A DNA stretch of 64,000 nucleotides from Vicugna vicugna (taxonomy: Eukaryota): contig MU061537.1 of assembly GCA_013265495.1 (NCBI GenBank), positions 496,001 through 560,000 of the forward strand. The letters run 5' to 3'. The notes under the pieces were generated by a model. It was given only the letters and a program-made list of their open reading frames with translations. It was not told the origin of the DNA and did not search any database. Below are positions 25,362 to 37,577 of the stretch, piece by piece. The number at the start of each line of letters is the position of its first letter. Within the stretch, counting starts at the first letter, position 1. The position numbers and the translations under genes are program-made.

Positions 25362-25563
25362 CATGGGCAGTCTCATCTTTTCATTAATAAGTCGCTCATC
25401 TCTAAGAAAATTCAGCTAACAACTCACCTGCTGCCCCTCCTTCCCTTAGCTTGTGGAATTCTGCTTAGAACTACATTCATTTGCTTTTATTTGTACGTCA
25501 TTATCATGTCTCCACTTCCCAAGGGAAGAGGTTTTCCCTTTTCTCATTAACCCCCCTCAAGGC

Positions 25564-25577
25564 CCAGCAGAGGGCAC
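25564..25577 (+). promoter_or_regulatory. Candidate CTCF site
   Basis: CCAGCAGAGGGCAC closely matches the CTCF core CCASYAGRKGGCRS, in a small CpG-rich patch. Confidence 0.6.
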
Positions 25578-27495
25578 CAAGCACGCGAGCGCTGCTCGTG
25601 CGGGTGCTGGCGGCTGGCTGTAGATATCCTCAAAGGCAATTTTCCAAGCTATTTTTCTTCTGCCTTTGTTTTCTATGCCCAGGCCACATCAGCTTAAAAT
25701 AAATGCTGCTGAACACTACTAATGGTGACTTCATCCCTGCCACCCTGCTTATCAGATGGCTCAGCTGAGAGGCTTGTCAGCACAATTATCACTCGACCAT
25801 GCTGGAGGTGGGGAAGAACCCTTGACTCCACTCTTCGGAATAAAGATTTCAGAAAGCACGTCGCTAAAACAACGGGCAGGGACAGCTGTTTGAAGTACCG
25901 CAGCGTCAGTCTTCCCTGATTGGCCAGCTCTACAGGATGGGAGTGGAGGAAAAGGAACGGCAAGTTTTAAACTGAACCAGTGAGAGCCACGAACATTTCT
26001 TGGCACCCCCAGGATTCCTAAGGCTGCAGCTTAAAATTAAGGACCAGGAAGCCAAGAATAATAGAAAAATCATGTAGAAGTCTAGATACTAACTCAAGTT
26101 CTTCAGTAAACCAGTATTGCAACCTTAAACGTAACTAATTTCTGTATGTCAACTACCTTACCTGTATATTAAAATAAAATCGCACTAACTAAATGACCCC
26201 ACACCGAGCCTCGCGGACCTCATTCCCCAGATGTGTCCACCTGGCAAACATAAACTGGGACGACATGCTCAAGAAAGAAATCATGGGACTGGTTTAAGGG
26301 GAGTAAGGATGAGAAGGCTCACTAACTGTGTTACAATAAAGATGTCTCTGTCTGTCTCCTAGCTTTAAGATTGGAGTTTATACCTTTTGAAGTACATGAA
26401 CTTTTTCATAAATTTCCTTCCAGTTAGACAGTAAGCCCCACAAAGGTAGGGAATGCCTTTCTTTACAACATCTCCAAACCACCTGGCCCACTCAGCGCCT
26501 AGCATGCTGTTCAGAAAGGCTGACGGTTAGGAGTCATCACAGTCTCCTGGCTAAATCAGAAGAGAGCAAATCAGTAACATCCTGAGTAGCTGAAAACTTG
26601 TATGGGAAGTTTCTGATTAAGCAGAGAGAGTAAGTTAGAACTGAGAATAACGTTCCTTCTCTTGCTGAGAAGTGCTCCTCCCCCTCATCAAGATGGAGGT
26701 CTCTCTCGAATACCTGCATCTCCTGGACCTCGCTTATCCTCTTTTGATGCACACTCATTTGAGAAGCCAATCACATTTGGGAAAACACCACGATAAACTC
26801 TCCTAATCAAACCTGGGCAAATGGGCAAAGCAGTTTCAGTCTTCACATGTGGCAGATTGGTGTGTGTTAGAGGAGACAAGTGAGTCTGTTTCCCCTTTGG
26901 TAAAGTTTCTTTTGTGTATTACATTCACTAGCAGTTTTAACCTTCTTTCAGTGGCAGGATTCCAGTGATGGGTAGGACATCATGAGGAAAGCAGTGACTG
27001 CCTCCTGCTGGCCATGAGCAGAAAGGTTTGAGTTCCTTTCAGCTTATCAGAGGTCACATTTCTCCTTCAAAGACATGAGAACTTGTGAAGGAAAATTGAG
27101 TTTCCTGTTTTGCTTAGCCTGGACTAAGCTTTAGGTATCAATAAACCAGTCAGATCCAAGACCTCAGATCCCTCTTTTTGTGAGTCAGAACCTCAGGCTG
27201 CTGCATCTTCTGCACTAGTTACAGAAACAAAGGCATGGATCGGGGTCGGGAGGAGTCCTGTTCTGCATGCTCCCTCTCCCTAAACGATGGAAACGGGGAA
27301 CCCAGACGCACCCCGTATGAAGAGGCCTTGTTCCTAGAAACTCAGGGCCCCACACTAGCTTCTTCCCTGAGTGGTTCTTCACTTGTTTTCTTCCCTTTCC
27401 CCAAACCCCAATAAAACACACCAACTGCTTCAGAGTATTTCTGAGTTGGGTTTTTTTTGTTTTTTTTTGGTGGGTCTTCTTTTTTTGGTTGTTTT

Positions 27496-27621
27496 TTTAT
27501 TTCGAATATTGAAAAAGCCCCCTGGGCTCTGTGGGGCTCCCCATGCTCATGGCCCCTTTCCCCACACTCACTGTCCTTCCCACAGCAATCTATGTCAAGG
27601 ACAGCACTTTTTCTTTTTAAT
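27496..27621 (-). terminator. ENSA: ENSA polyadenylation signals (ATTAAA 27616-27621, AATAAA 27496-27501)
   Basis: Hexamers on minus 0.5-0.7 kb after the stop. Confidence 0.6.
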
Positions 27622-28154
27622 CAACAATTGACACTGAGTCCTCAGCTTGTTCTGCAGAGCCAAAGGAGCCATTTGCATCTTTCATATTTAGATGGACAGT
27701 TTCTTTTATCTGACACCAGGTCCCCAGCCACATCCAAGCAAACAAGGCATTCTTCTACAGAGCTGAATTTGACCCCTCACCTTTAGTCTACTCCATGTCC
27801 TCCCCCTCACATCCACCCCATACCAGCCACATGGTTCAGAAGGAGGACAGTCAGGAATGTTTTTATCAACTACAAGCCCTAATTCATATTCCCCCAAATC
27901 TCCCACTCCAATGTCACTGAGATTTCTCCCAACAATTATTTGGGAAAAAAAAGGAGAAACAAAAACGGTTCAAGGTCTTGGTGCTCAGCCCAAGGGGCTC
28001 CATGCGCTGGGACACCGACGGGCAGGGGCTTCTGCCTCTCCAGCCCGCGCCCGAGCCACCTCCTGACCCCTGGCTGCAAAAGCAGGGAGGGGCAGGAGCC
28101 AGCACAGGACCCAGGGGGGCAGCGTCTCAGGATCTGGCGGAGCCCCGGGCAGCA

Positions 28155-28170
28155 TCATTCAACTTGGCCA
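28155..28170 (-). CDS. ENSA: ENSA exon 4 (completes G, then GQVE*)
   Basis: ccacag|T GGC CAA GTT GAA TGA; completes the 366-nt CDS = 121 aa alpha-endosulfine. Confidence 0.92.
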
Positions 28171-30109
28171 CTGTGGACGAACACAGAAGAAGAAAAAGAA
28201 AACACTGTCAAGTAATAAGGGATAAAATCCTAAGTTCCATCCCAGTCTCTACCCCATCACGCTTCCACACTCTACAGTCATTAGGGCTGCCTGGCGCATA
28301 CCTCAATCCTATCCACAGGGAGTTGTTAAAAAAGAAAAGAGAACTTCAGTCTTATCTGATCCACAAAACAAAGTGTTCTCTGATCTTTCTGAAGACCCCC
28401 ATGAAAACAAAGAAAAAAAATTCTTTAGACAAGATCAAAATAACTGGAGTTTTAAAGAGGTGGTAAGCTGCCTGGCTCAGAGCAGGCTCGGTGTCAGAGG
28501 CATGGCCAGAGCCACTTGCAGGAGCGGAAACTGACTGGGGGCCCACAGCAATAAGCTAGTTAGTAACTGTATGGAGGTCAGGGCCAGACAACACACTTGT
28601 TGTTTTGAGTGGACTTAATAATCCAGGTTTAATCAAAGCAATTTGGATCTGGATTTTGAAATGACCCTTCTTCATCATGGAAGCTATCTACTTCATGCTG
28701 TGGAAACAGGTGGCAGACAGAGAACACAGCTTGCTTCTTTGTTTTCGTAGCCTCGAAGGTGACCAGGTGGAGAGACCAATAGTTTTTCTGATTCCCCTAT
28801 TTCTTCTATTCTTTCCTAAAAACCAGACTCCCTGTGACCTCAGCCTTGAGGACTCAAACTGACCGATTTAGAGAAAGCAGCTCAGACAGAAAAGAAAAAA
28901 GTACAAAAATTCGAGAAGATCGGAGATGAAGAAAACGTACAAAATTATATATATATTTATATATATAATAACATGACATATCTATGTACAACATGTCTGG
29001 GACAGTTGAGGAAACTATACAAGGATGTTCGGCATTTTCCCCTTCCCACATGGACTGTAGACTAAGGAAGACAGCATGAAAATGGAGCAAGAAACACAAG
29101 TTATATACAATTACAGGTGACAGTCAAGGACTCTGGGGGCCAGGGGACCACGGGATCCTGCTCTCTCCATTCCTTCCTCACCACCTTTTTCCTATCCCAT
29201 CTGAATGATGGCCTGCAAAGTGAACGGTGGTCAGGAAAGACGCACAGACAAAGCCGGTGCCCCGACGTGCGCACCTGCAAGCTCAGCAGTCACTCACTGG
29301 GCCTGACGGGTGGCACATCAGAATTTGTGAGGGGAGAGGGTGAGAGAGGATTACAGAATCCTCCTCTTGTGAACAGCTACTTCTTACCCTGGCCCACCCT
29401 GTCATAACCAGCCTGGCTGCAGTCAGTGAGATTCAGGCCAAGCTAGAGATACTAGATTGAGGATGCTGGTCACCTGCAGCCCCCTTCCTCCACCTGGTTC
29501 ACGATCAGCATCACTGCTTCTCACTGAGCAGGAGCAAGGCTACAGAGCTCTAAGGAGGCAGCGAGCTTTCAGTGTTCCTCCTCTTTCTCCCTAACCACCC
29601 TCCCCAGCTTCCTCCGAGGCAAATCATCTCCCAAGAACCTGCTGCTCCGGCCCCGCAGCAGCACCAAGCCCTGGAGGCTCGCTCAGTTCATCCCTTTCCT
29701 TCCTGTCTCCCTAGCAATACACCTGGCATCTGGTAACACCTGAAAAGTGGCACTCCACACGTGCATGACTCAGCATGTTTCTTCAGGCCCATAGCCTGGC
29801 TGCCAGAGCAGCTTTTTAGCAGCAGAGGCCCAGACTGCAGGCCAGGAAAGCAGATGGGGCAGTGGCAAGAAGTTTTCATGGCTAGCTTTGCAGAGTTTTT
29901 TTCTTGACCCTCAAGACCATGATACTTATGAGGCCCCCTCGCCTGAATTTACAACCCCCAAATCTCTGTTTCTCTCCCCCGTCATCCTCCAATGGTTCCC
30001 CTCTGAAGGCTCACCCATGGGCCTTCCTCAGTTTTGGTTTTACAATGAATGGCACAGAGTGTTTCCAGGACTTAGAATCAGAATCCATCTTACCTATGTT
30101 CAACTCTAC

Positions 30110-30242
30110 CTCACAGACAAGGAAATAGAAATCCAAAGACGCTGAATGACTTGACCAAGGCTGCACATCAGTTCAGCCTAGGCTGAGTGGAACCCGAACC
30201 CAGACATCCTGACTCCTAACCCAGTGCTCTTTCCACTGTCCC
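30110..30242. mobile_element. MIR SINE
   Basis: acagacaaggaaatagaaatcca...gacttgaccaaggctgcaca...gaacccagacatcctgactcc...gtgctctttccact. Confidence 0.65.
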
Positions 30243-30880
30243 ATGACACTTTCAGAAGCGACATGCGGGAAGAGAGAGAGAAGGCGCCCATTTGACATGA
30301 ATAATATCCTCCAATCTTTACATTAAGAGCCAGGGCAAACTGACTGAGTAAAGGAGGTTAAGTGGGCATTGTTGTTTTAGGCAAGCAAATCAGTTTTTCT
30401 CTGTGAGGATTCTCTAAATTTGCCATAATGGAAACATGAAGCAATAGCAGCCCAAGGGACAAAACACTTAGAAGCACAGAAAACAGATCTCATTCAATCT
30501 ACCCTTCCCAACCAGGTCAGATTAGCCTTGGAATATGAAACCTGCCATGTTATTCTCAAGGCTTAGCCTAACCAATTTTGGGATATTCTCTTCCCAGTTT
30601 CTCGTATAAAGGAAAAGAGTTTGCAGCATTATCCAATCCTAGTCTCCTACTTCTGAGCCTACCTGGGTTACCATGAGGGTGTGGAAGTCTCAATTTAACC
30701 AAAGATAATGGGCTCAGCACCCCTCTTCAGCCCACACTGCCTTCTCAGCAGCCCCAGGAGCAGCACGGTCATTTCCGGCTAGCAAGCTGAGAAGACAGAA
30801 CTAGGTGCCCATTCTATCCCGGCCTCAGACATATAAACGTCCAGTGGGTGAGGAAGGGGGACAAGGGGGGCCCAGGTTAC

Positions 30881-31047
30881 CCCGCAAGCTTGCTGGTGAC
30901 GAGCGAGGACTTTCTCTGGGGCAGGTCCTGGGGGGTGGGGATGTGGTCACCAGTCACCAAGTTCTTGTCTGGGCCTGCACTTGGCAGCTGCTTATTCTTC
31001 ATCTTGGCTTTGGCCATGTTGTAGTCTCCTGAGTCAAAGTACTTTTG
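30881..31047 (-). CDS. ENSA: ENSA exon 3 (Greatwall/MASTL site FDSGDY)
   Basis: tag|CAA AAG TAC TTT GAC TCA GGA GAC TAC...AAG CTT GCG GG|gtaa; 167 nt. Confidence 0.97.
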
Positions 31048-32315
31048 CTAAGAGACAAGAGAGATGTTTGGGTAAGTGAGGAGCTCTGATCTTCCTCAAA
31101 AGCAAGGAGACTCAGATCCATTATAAACCTTCATTCAAACTCAGATCTTTCAGGTCTTTTTTTGATTAGGCTCACGCATACATAGCTGAGCATTAATTAC
31201 ACTTCCGTATGTCTTCTCCCCAATGTATTCTGACTTTTTCAGGTAGGTAAGCAGTTTCCCAGCTAGAGTATATATCCTTTGTACCCACATGCTTTTGTAG
31301 CTCCAAGAGTATAGGATGGTTCAACCAAATTACTGACTTTATTCACAAAGGCTTATTGAGGGCCTATTAGCCTCTTGGTGCACCAGCTTGGTGCTGGGGA
31401 AACAGAAATGAGTAAGATATATAGAAGGGTCAATCTGGAGCTAACAGCAGGAGATCAACCTTAAGCTAACAACCTCAAAATTAAAAATTATTCTCTCAGA
31501 CCATGAATAGAAACTGAGCTTGTTCATGAGGATAATGTACTTTCCTCTGATTTCCACCACTCCCACACATGTTCTGTGGCTGTGACAGCCTGCCCACGCC
31601 TGCCTTGCCTACAGCAAGGTAAACTGCAAATCAGCATCACATCATCATCTGTGACTAAGACTCAATAAATAGGATTCTCCCCAGGAATCTGTTTCCCTCT
31701 CCATTTCATCCACACAGAGAAACGCACTTCAGGTTAATGATTTACAATCCCTCAGTCAGCTTTAGGTGCCTCTGGAGACTGAGAAATCTGATCAGGAGCT
31801 GGATGGCTATGAAGGTAAGACTGTCCCTTGGTGAGAAGGACCACTCTGGACAGGAAAAGTAAGTCTCTTCAGGGAGTGACCACAAGGGTCTGAAGAAATC
31901 TATGACGCATGTCAAGTTGAGAAAATCTGTGGGACAGATGGTTTGATCTTTTCCTGAAATGATGCAGCCCCAAATTTAGCTCTAATGCTAAATCTGCAGT
32001 CCTAAAACTCCCACCATCCAAACAGGCAAAGGTCTGGAGGCTGTCAGCAATCCAGACTCTAACATCCTTCTCTTATTTCCCCAACCCCATACCCAAATGC
32101 CCCTACATTAAGCCTTAATTTCCTACGTGGGAAATCAAAAGATAACTGATACCATATCAGGGATTTACAATATTTGTCTTGCTTTTTACAAGTTTCTAAT
32201 TCTTGTCTACTACTGCCCAACAATAAAACTTCCAGTTCAGTAGAACTTCCACAGATCTCATCCCTAAGGCCCCCTTTGGCTCTAAAGTAAGAGCGTAAGA
32301 GACTGTGCCCCATAC

Positions 32316-32441
32316 CCCTTTCTGAAGTCTCTTCATGAGGAAGTCGGAGCCTCCAGGCTTTTGTCCTAGGCTTGGATATTTGGCCTTTAGCTTTGCCTCC
32401 TCGGCTCTCTCAGGGAGAATACCTTCTTTCTCCTGTGTGTC
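32316..32441 (-). CDS. ENSA: ENSA exon 2
   Basis: cag|[42 protein letters not shown]|gtatg; 126 nt. Confidence 0.97.
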
Positions 32442-33829
32442 CTGGAGGAAACAAATGGGCCAATAAAATTAAACACTGAGAAGCAACCTCTTCTAATATC
32501 TGATAACTTTTATACTATCATCTTTTCCTGGAGATCTACCTATTTGTAAATATGCTGTCTCCACTCTGCTCTTAAATAAAGCTAGACCTTTGTTCAAATC
32601 CCTAAAGCTCTAGATGACTGTATCGTGAGAAGAAAAAGGTAAGTTGTTTCTCACAGTACACCCAGGGAACCACCCCGGTGACCTGTGAGTATTGAGTCAA
32701 AGGTAATACCTAAACATAATACTTTAATGCCTACACATAATACAAAACAGGAACTAGGAAAGACAAAGGAGAAGAGCTAGCAGGGCTTCTGGTGACACAA
32801 GGTGAGTAGGAAAGTTCTCTGGCTGTTCCTAACACAGTACAGGCCAAATGGGAAAGCAAAGGAGAGAACTCTGCTGAGATGTTCCCTCTTAAACTAGTCA
32901 TCTGATAAGTCTCTCGGTGGAGAAGACTAGCTATGTGGCCTTCTCCAGAAATCTCCACCTTAGTAAGGGGACAGCATTGCTTCAGCATTTCCATAAATCT
33001 TGTAGTAGGAAGATGACAGGTAAACAAGAGATTAAAATGACTTTTTAACCTCAAAAAAATGAAGATACACTAGGCTCACTAGTTTTTACCCACTAGTATT
33101 TACCTATCAGCTTTGCCAAAAAATCACCTTCCCTAGTGGGTCAAGTGATGGAAGTTCGGGGAACATGCCAAGAGCTCAATTAGCTTGCAGGGGCTCTTAC
33201 TGTTTTGCTACTGTCTTCTTCCTTTTTGTGGGCCCCGTTACACTTTTCTTCAGTGACTTAAAAAAGGACTTGAAGTCAGTATCTGGCTCTGAATTTTCAG
33301 TGGAATTATATTTCCTTCCCTTGAAAATCCGGCTCACATATAACACCAAGTGTATTTCATGAACCCCTGAGTTCAGCACTAAATGTTATAAATCAAATAC
33401 AACTCCCCCAATTCATCTCAGAATTGTGGGTGAACTAAGCGCCCCCACCTTGGGAGTTTGGGGGGAATACGGGGGCGTTTTTCTTGTCATGACTCTCTCA
33501 GCGTCTTTTCTAGGTTTAACCCTCTTTATTCTGGTTGGAACTCTAGTTCAATCTTGTTCGGTCCTCACTGAAGGTGGACAGCAGACCACCTCGAACCGTC
33601 AAAATAGGTCTCTTGAGAAAGTTGTCGCCTTAAACAAGCCATCATAATAATTACTCTTCTCCCTTCCCCCAGTATTAGGCCTTTTTAAACGTCTTTACCT
33701 CGATTTATATCTTTCTGATGATTTAGAATGCGGCCCCTGTCTATTTGCTGGGTCATTTTAACCCTACTAACCAATAACACACATCTCATCCCGGGACCAC
33801 CAGCCAGCCCCCTTTCATTCCCCCTAGTC

Positions 33830-34570
33830 TTTCCGAACACCCGCCCCGCGTCCAGGCTCGGCCAATTATAGCACAGCTTCAATGCGCTGAGCAGCAGGTC
33901 TACTAGCCAATCAGGAAGGGCACAGTATTGACTGACAATCCACCCAACTAACCAGCGCCAAAGCAGCAGGCCGCGTAGAAGCTCACCCTGCATGACGCAA
34001 GAAGCGGCCAACCCCTGCAGAGCCTGAGACCATGGCGACCAATCCGCACTGGCGGGAGACCGCCCCATCTCGGTAGCCCCCAGGTCGACCGCCCGCACCC
34101 CCTCCATTTCACCTGCTTCTCCTCGCCGGTCTCCTCCGCAGGGTTCTCATCTTCCTGTTTCTGGGACATGGCGGGACCGGGACTGCGGACTGTAGGGGGC
34201 CCGGGAAGTAACCGGAGAAGGGAAGGGGGAGGGGACGCGGGACAACCTGCGCTGCTTCTTCAGCTCCTGTCACTAGGGTTGCTCAGTCAAAATGGCGGCC
34301 CTTGCCTGTGACGTTGCGGCCGCCCCTTCCAATAGCAGCCAATGAAAGTGGGGTGGATGGAGCACTGACGTAACGATCTACCAATCGTTGCTGGCTAAAG
34401 GTGGGGTCTATGGAGGCGACGGGCAAGCGGGAACGCCAATCTGGAAAGAGAGTGAGCCACAAGGACCAGTTGGAAGTCCGTGGGGAATGATGGGGGCGGC
34501 ACTGCTAGCTGTGGGGTTTTTGCACCTTTGGTGGTGGGGTCAGGCAACCTTCAGCTCCACCGCCCCGCGC
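33830..34570 (-). promoter_or_regulatory. ENSA: ENSA CpG-island promoter
   Basis: YY1-type CAAAATGGCGGC 34288-34299, CRE half-sites TGACGT (34309, 34366), several CCAAT boxes, GC boxes. Confidence 0.8.
34113..34169 (-). CDS. ENSA: ENSA exon 1 coding part
   Basis: ccgccATG, MSQKQEDENPAEETGEEKQ|gtgaa; 57 nt. Confidence 0.96.
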
Positions 34571-35369
34571 CCAGGAGGCTTTGCTGAGCTTCAAACTGGA
34601 GAGCAGAAGGATGTAAACCTTTTATTTTCGGATGGGGAAAATTAAGCTTTGCGGAGTGTTAGCAGAAAAATTTCAGTCTCCAGAAAATAATGGGAGGTCA
34701 GAGTGGGCTTTAAAGTGGTACTCAACGCTGTTCCAGTGTGTCCTTTGGTGTGTGGAATGGAGAGACTGAGTTGTGCAGAACACAGATGGTTTTACATCCC
34801 ATGATTTAATTCTTAGGTACAGTATTTTACTTGTTCAGGGTCATCCCATGGAGACTAAGCTCCTTGAAACAGCACAGGTCTAGGTACATGGTAAATATTT
34901 AGTAAATCCGATTAACGCTTGCTAACCTATCTTGAGTCATAGCTCAACAATTTATTTTGAGCATCTGTTTGTAGATGGTCCTTTATTAGTTTCACAGGGT
35001 AATATGGGTGCTCTGTTAGTTTTACTTATATGTAGTATAGCAGATTCTGCCATAGAAAGCTTAGTTTAGTGGGCGTTTGGATAGGGTTTTCACAGTGTGT
35101 ACTCTAAATCCTCAAGATTAAATAGACACATCTGGAGTGTTAGGCAAAAAGCACGGCATTTTAATATTAAAAACAGCCTAATACTAATAACACTGAAAAA
35201 TTCTTATCAAATATTTCCAGGCAGTTTGTGTGTGTGTGTGTGACAGATAGCCTTGGGGTTATCTGTTCATTTTTCTGTGTAATTGGCTGCACATCTAATG
35301 GAAAAGTTTAAGAAGCATAGAATACCCTAAGGTTATTGTTATACAAGGCAAACTCTGGTAAGCATTGAA

Positions 35370-36500
35370 ATGAAAGTGTTAATAAAGTGCTATAGGAGTT
35401 CAAAGGAAGGCTCATACACAGTTTAGGGTCCCCCTTGTCCCCAAGCCCATAAAAAAGGCTTTGTGATGGAAGGTGGTTATTTGAAATAAACTTTAAGGAA
35501 TTTAGGAGTTAGCCAGGTGAAGATGAAGGAAGGAAGGGTATTCCAGGTGATGGAGTCAGGCTGAAGGCTAGAAAAATAGAATTGAGTCCAGAACATGGAG
35601 GGCTCTGAATGCCAGGATAAGGAACTAGTGAATAATTTAGTAATCCAGGAGAGACAATGAAGAGTTTTAGGCCAGCGAGTGGCAGATGAGAACCGTACAT
35701 TAGGAAGATTAATCTGGTGGTAATGAATAAAAATCATTCAGAATTCCAAGCAGAAAGTTACTAGAGGTGGACTCTAGGCAAGAGTCCACTGCAGTACTCC
35801 AGATGGGAGATAATTAGGATTTAAGCTAGAAATGTGGTACTTTTGAAAACAGCCTATTTGAGAGTCTGTGGCAGTGGAATCTACTGGATTAGCAGCTGAT
35901 TGAATATAGGGAATGAGGAGGCCATGTGCCTCAAGGTGACTGTTGTAGAAACAATAAATTCAAGAAAAGGAATTGATTTGGAAAAGGAATTGGAAGCACA
36001 CAGAAAATGAGGTGTTCAATTCTGAAAACACTTTAAAAGCCAGTGAGCCATTTGGTGGAGATATCCAGGGAATGACCCGTGAGAGCTCCATATCTGAAAT
36101 TGTAGGGTTCTGGGAAATGTAGATCTGGAGTTTGGGATACAAGTGGAAGCTAAATATGAATAAAATTTGGACTTCTCATAAATAAAAGTAAGGCTATGGA
36201 AGTAGATGGGATCATCAAAGGAGAAAGTAGAAAAAAAGAGGTCCCAAGACAGAAACCTGGGGAAAAGTTGGCAAGGGACACAGAGACAAATGATTGGAGT
36301 GGCGAGGAGAAGAACCAAAAAAGAAGTCACAGAGAAGTTAAAGTTGGAAGGGACAAAAGCTATTCGCAAGTGGTTCAAGAGTGCAGAGGTCGTAGTAATA
36401 TTTAATGATAAAGCAAAGAAAGGAATGAGGGCACTGACTGAAGAGGAAGCAGCAGAGGACTTTCTTTTTTGGAGAGTTGGCAACATGTTTTCAGAAAAGA
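35370..36500 (-). mobile_element. Degraded L2 LINE
   Basis: Antisense L2 hallmarks (tagatctggagtttggga...atggaagtagatgggatcatc); the remnant peptide LQIYISQ resembles L2 RT. Confidence 0.6.
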
Positions 36501-37571
36501 GGAAGGGGATAATTGAGAGAGGAAAGCTAGAAATATAATTATCTACTTTAAAGAGGAGATCATTAGATGGAGGGAGAGAGGCAGACAGGTTGGTGTTGGC
36601 AACTGTAAAGGAAGAGTGGGAGGGGAAATGTACAGAGATTTTGAAGTGGCTAAACATTTAGGGAAGTCACACTGAATGCCTTTGCTTTTCTGGGCTTGAT
36701 CTTTTGAGAATCAAAAGGATGATGGAGTGGGATAGAGGATCTAAGAAAAATGGTGGTAGAAACAGTGCTATAGAAAATAGCAAGTATTCAAAACAGCAAG
36801 AAAGATCTGCCTGAGATTAGATAAGAATGAATGTACAGTAATCCCAATCAACATGGCTTGTGACTTTGGGCCTTAACTCCTGGCTGCCTTGGGATGGAGA
36901 AAACAGACAGTCTGATGGGACAAAGGACTGGTAAAGAAGGAACACTATATACAGGATGACTTATGAGAACAATGTTTTGTCTGAAATAAAAATAACCAGG
37001 AAGTATAAACAATTCTAGTAAATAACATTTATTTTCCCTTATGCTGTAGACATTGGAAAGAAGTGAAAAACAATAAGCCAATTATAAGCAGTTATTTTTC
37101 TTTTCACATGTTGTTAACTCTGTTATAGTTAGGTGTGTTGCCTACATTTGGAAATTAAGACTTTCAGCTCTGAAGTTCAGGTGTCATTTGCAAATAGTTA
37201 TTGATAGGACAGAATATATTTATTCTCTCCATGGTAATAATAGTATAATTGGGCAACTTATTTTGATTGAAATGGAGACATTATTCAGACATTAGCTGGT
37301 CTTCCAGTTAGCCTTAATGTAACCTGCTTTCTAGAATATATATGTTACTATATATATAATACTATAGTATTTGTGGGTTTATACATATATACATGTAATA
37401 TGTATAATACTATAGTATTTGTGTATCCCTAATTTTCCACACAGGATGAAGCAGAGGCTGGTATCCTAGTGTAAATGGGGAGTGTTACTAGCCATGTGTG
37501 GAAAGTTCTTATTTCCAGTAAAAATAACTGAAGTTGTAAAACCGTACAGAGAGACCAAAGAGCCAATAATC

Positions 37572-37577
37572 TTTATT
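37572..37577 (-). terminator. GOLPH3L: GOLPH3L polyadenylation signal AATAAA
   Basis: TTTATT on plus, about 1.8 kb after the stop. Confidence 0.6.

Noticed and set aside
27978..28466. 162-aa plus-strand ORF
   Set aside because: Antisense to ENSA exon 4 and UTR, non-ATG start, no recognisable domain
33685..34107. 140-aa ORF in ENSA intron 1
   Set aside because: GC-rich CpG-island frame; only the short alternative-exon segment has support
36016..36657. 213-aa minus-strand ORF
   Set aside because: Lies in decayed L2 and pyrimidine-rich sequence with F/S/L-biased composition
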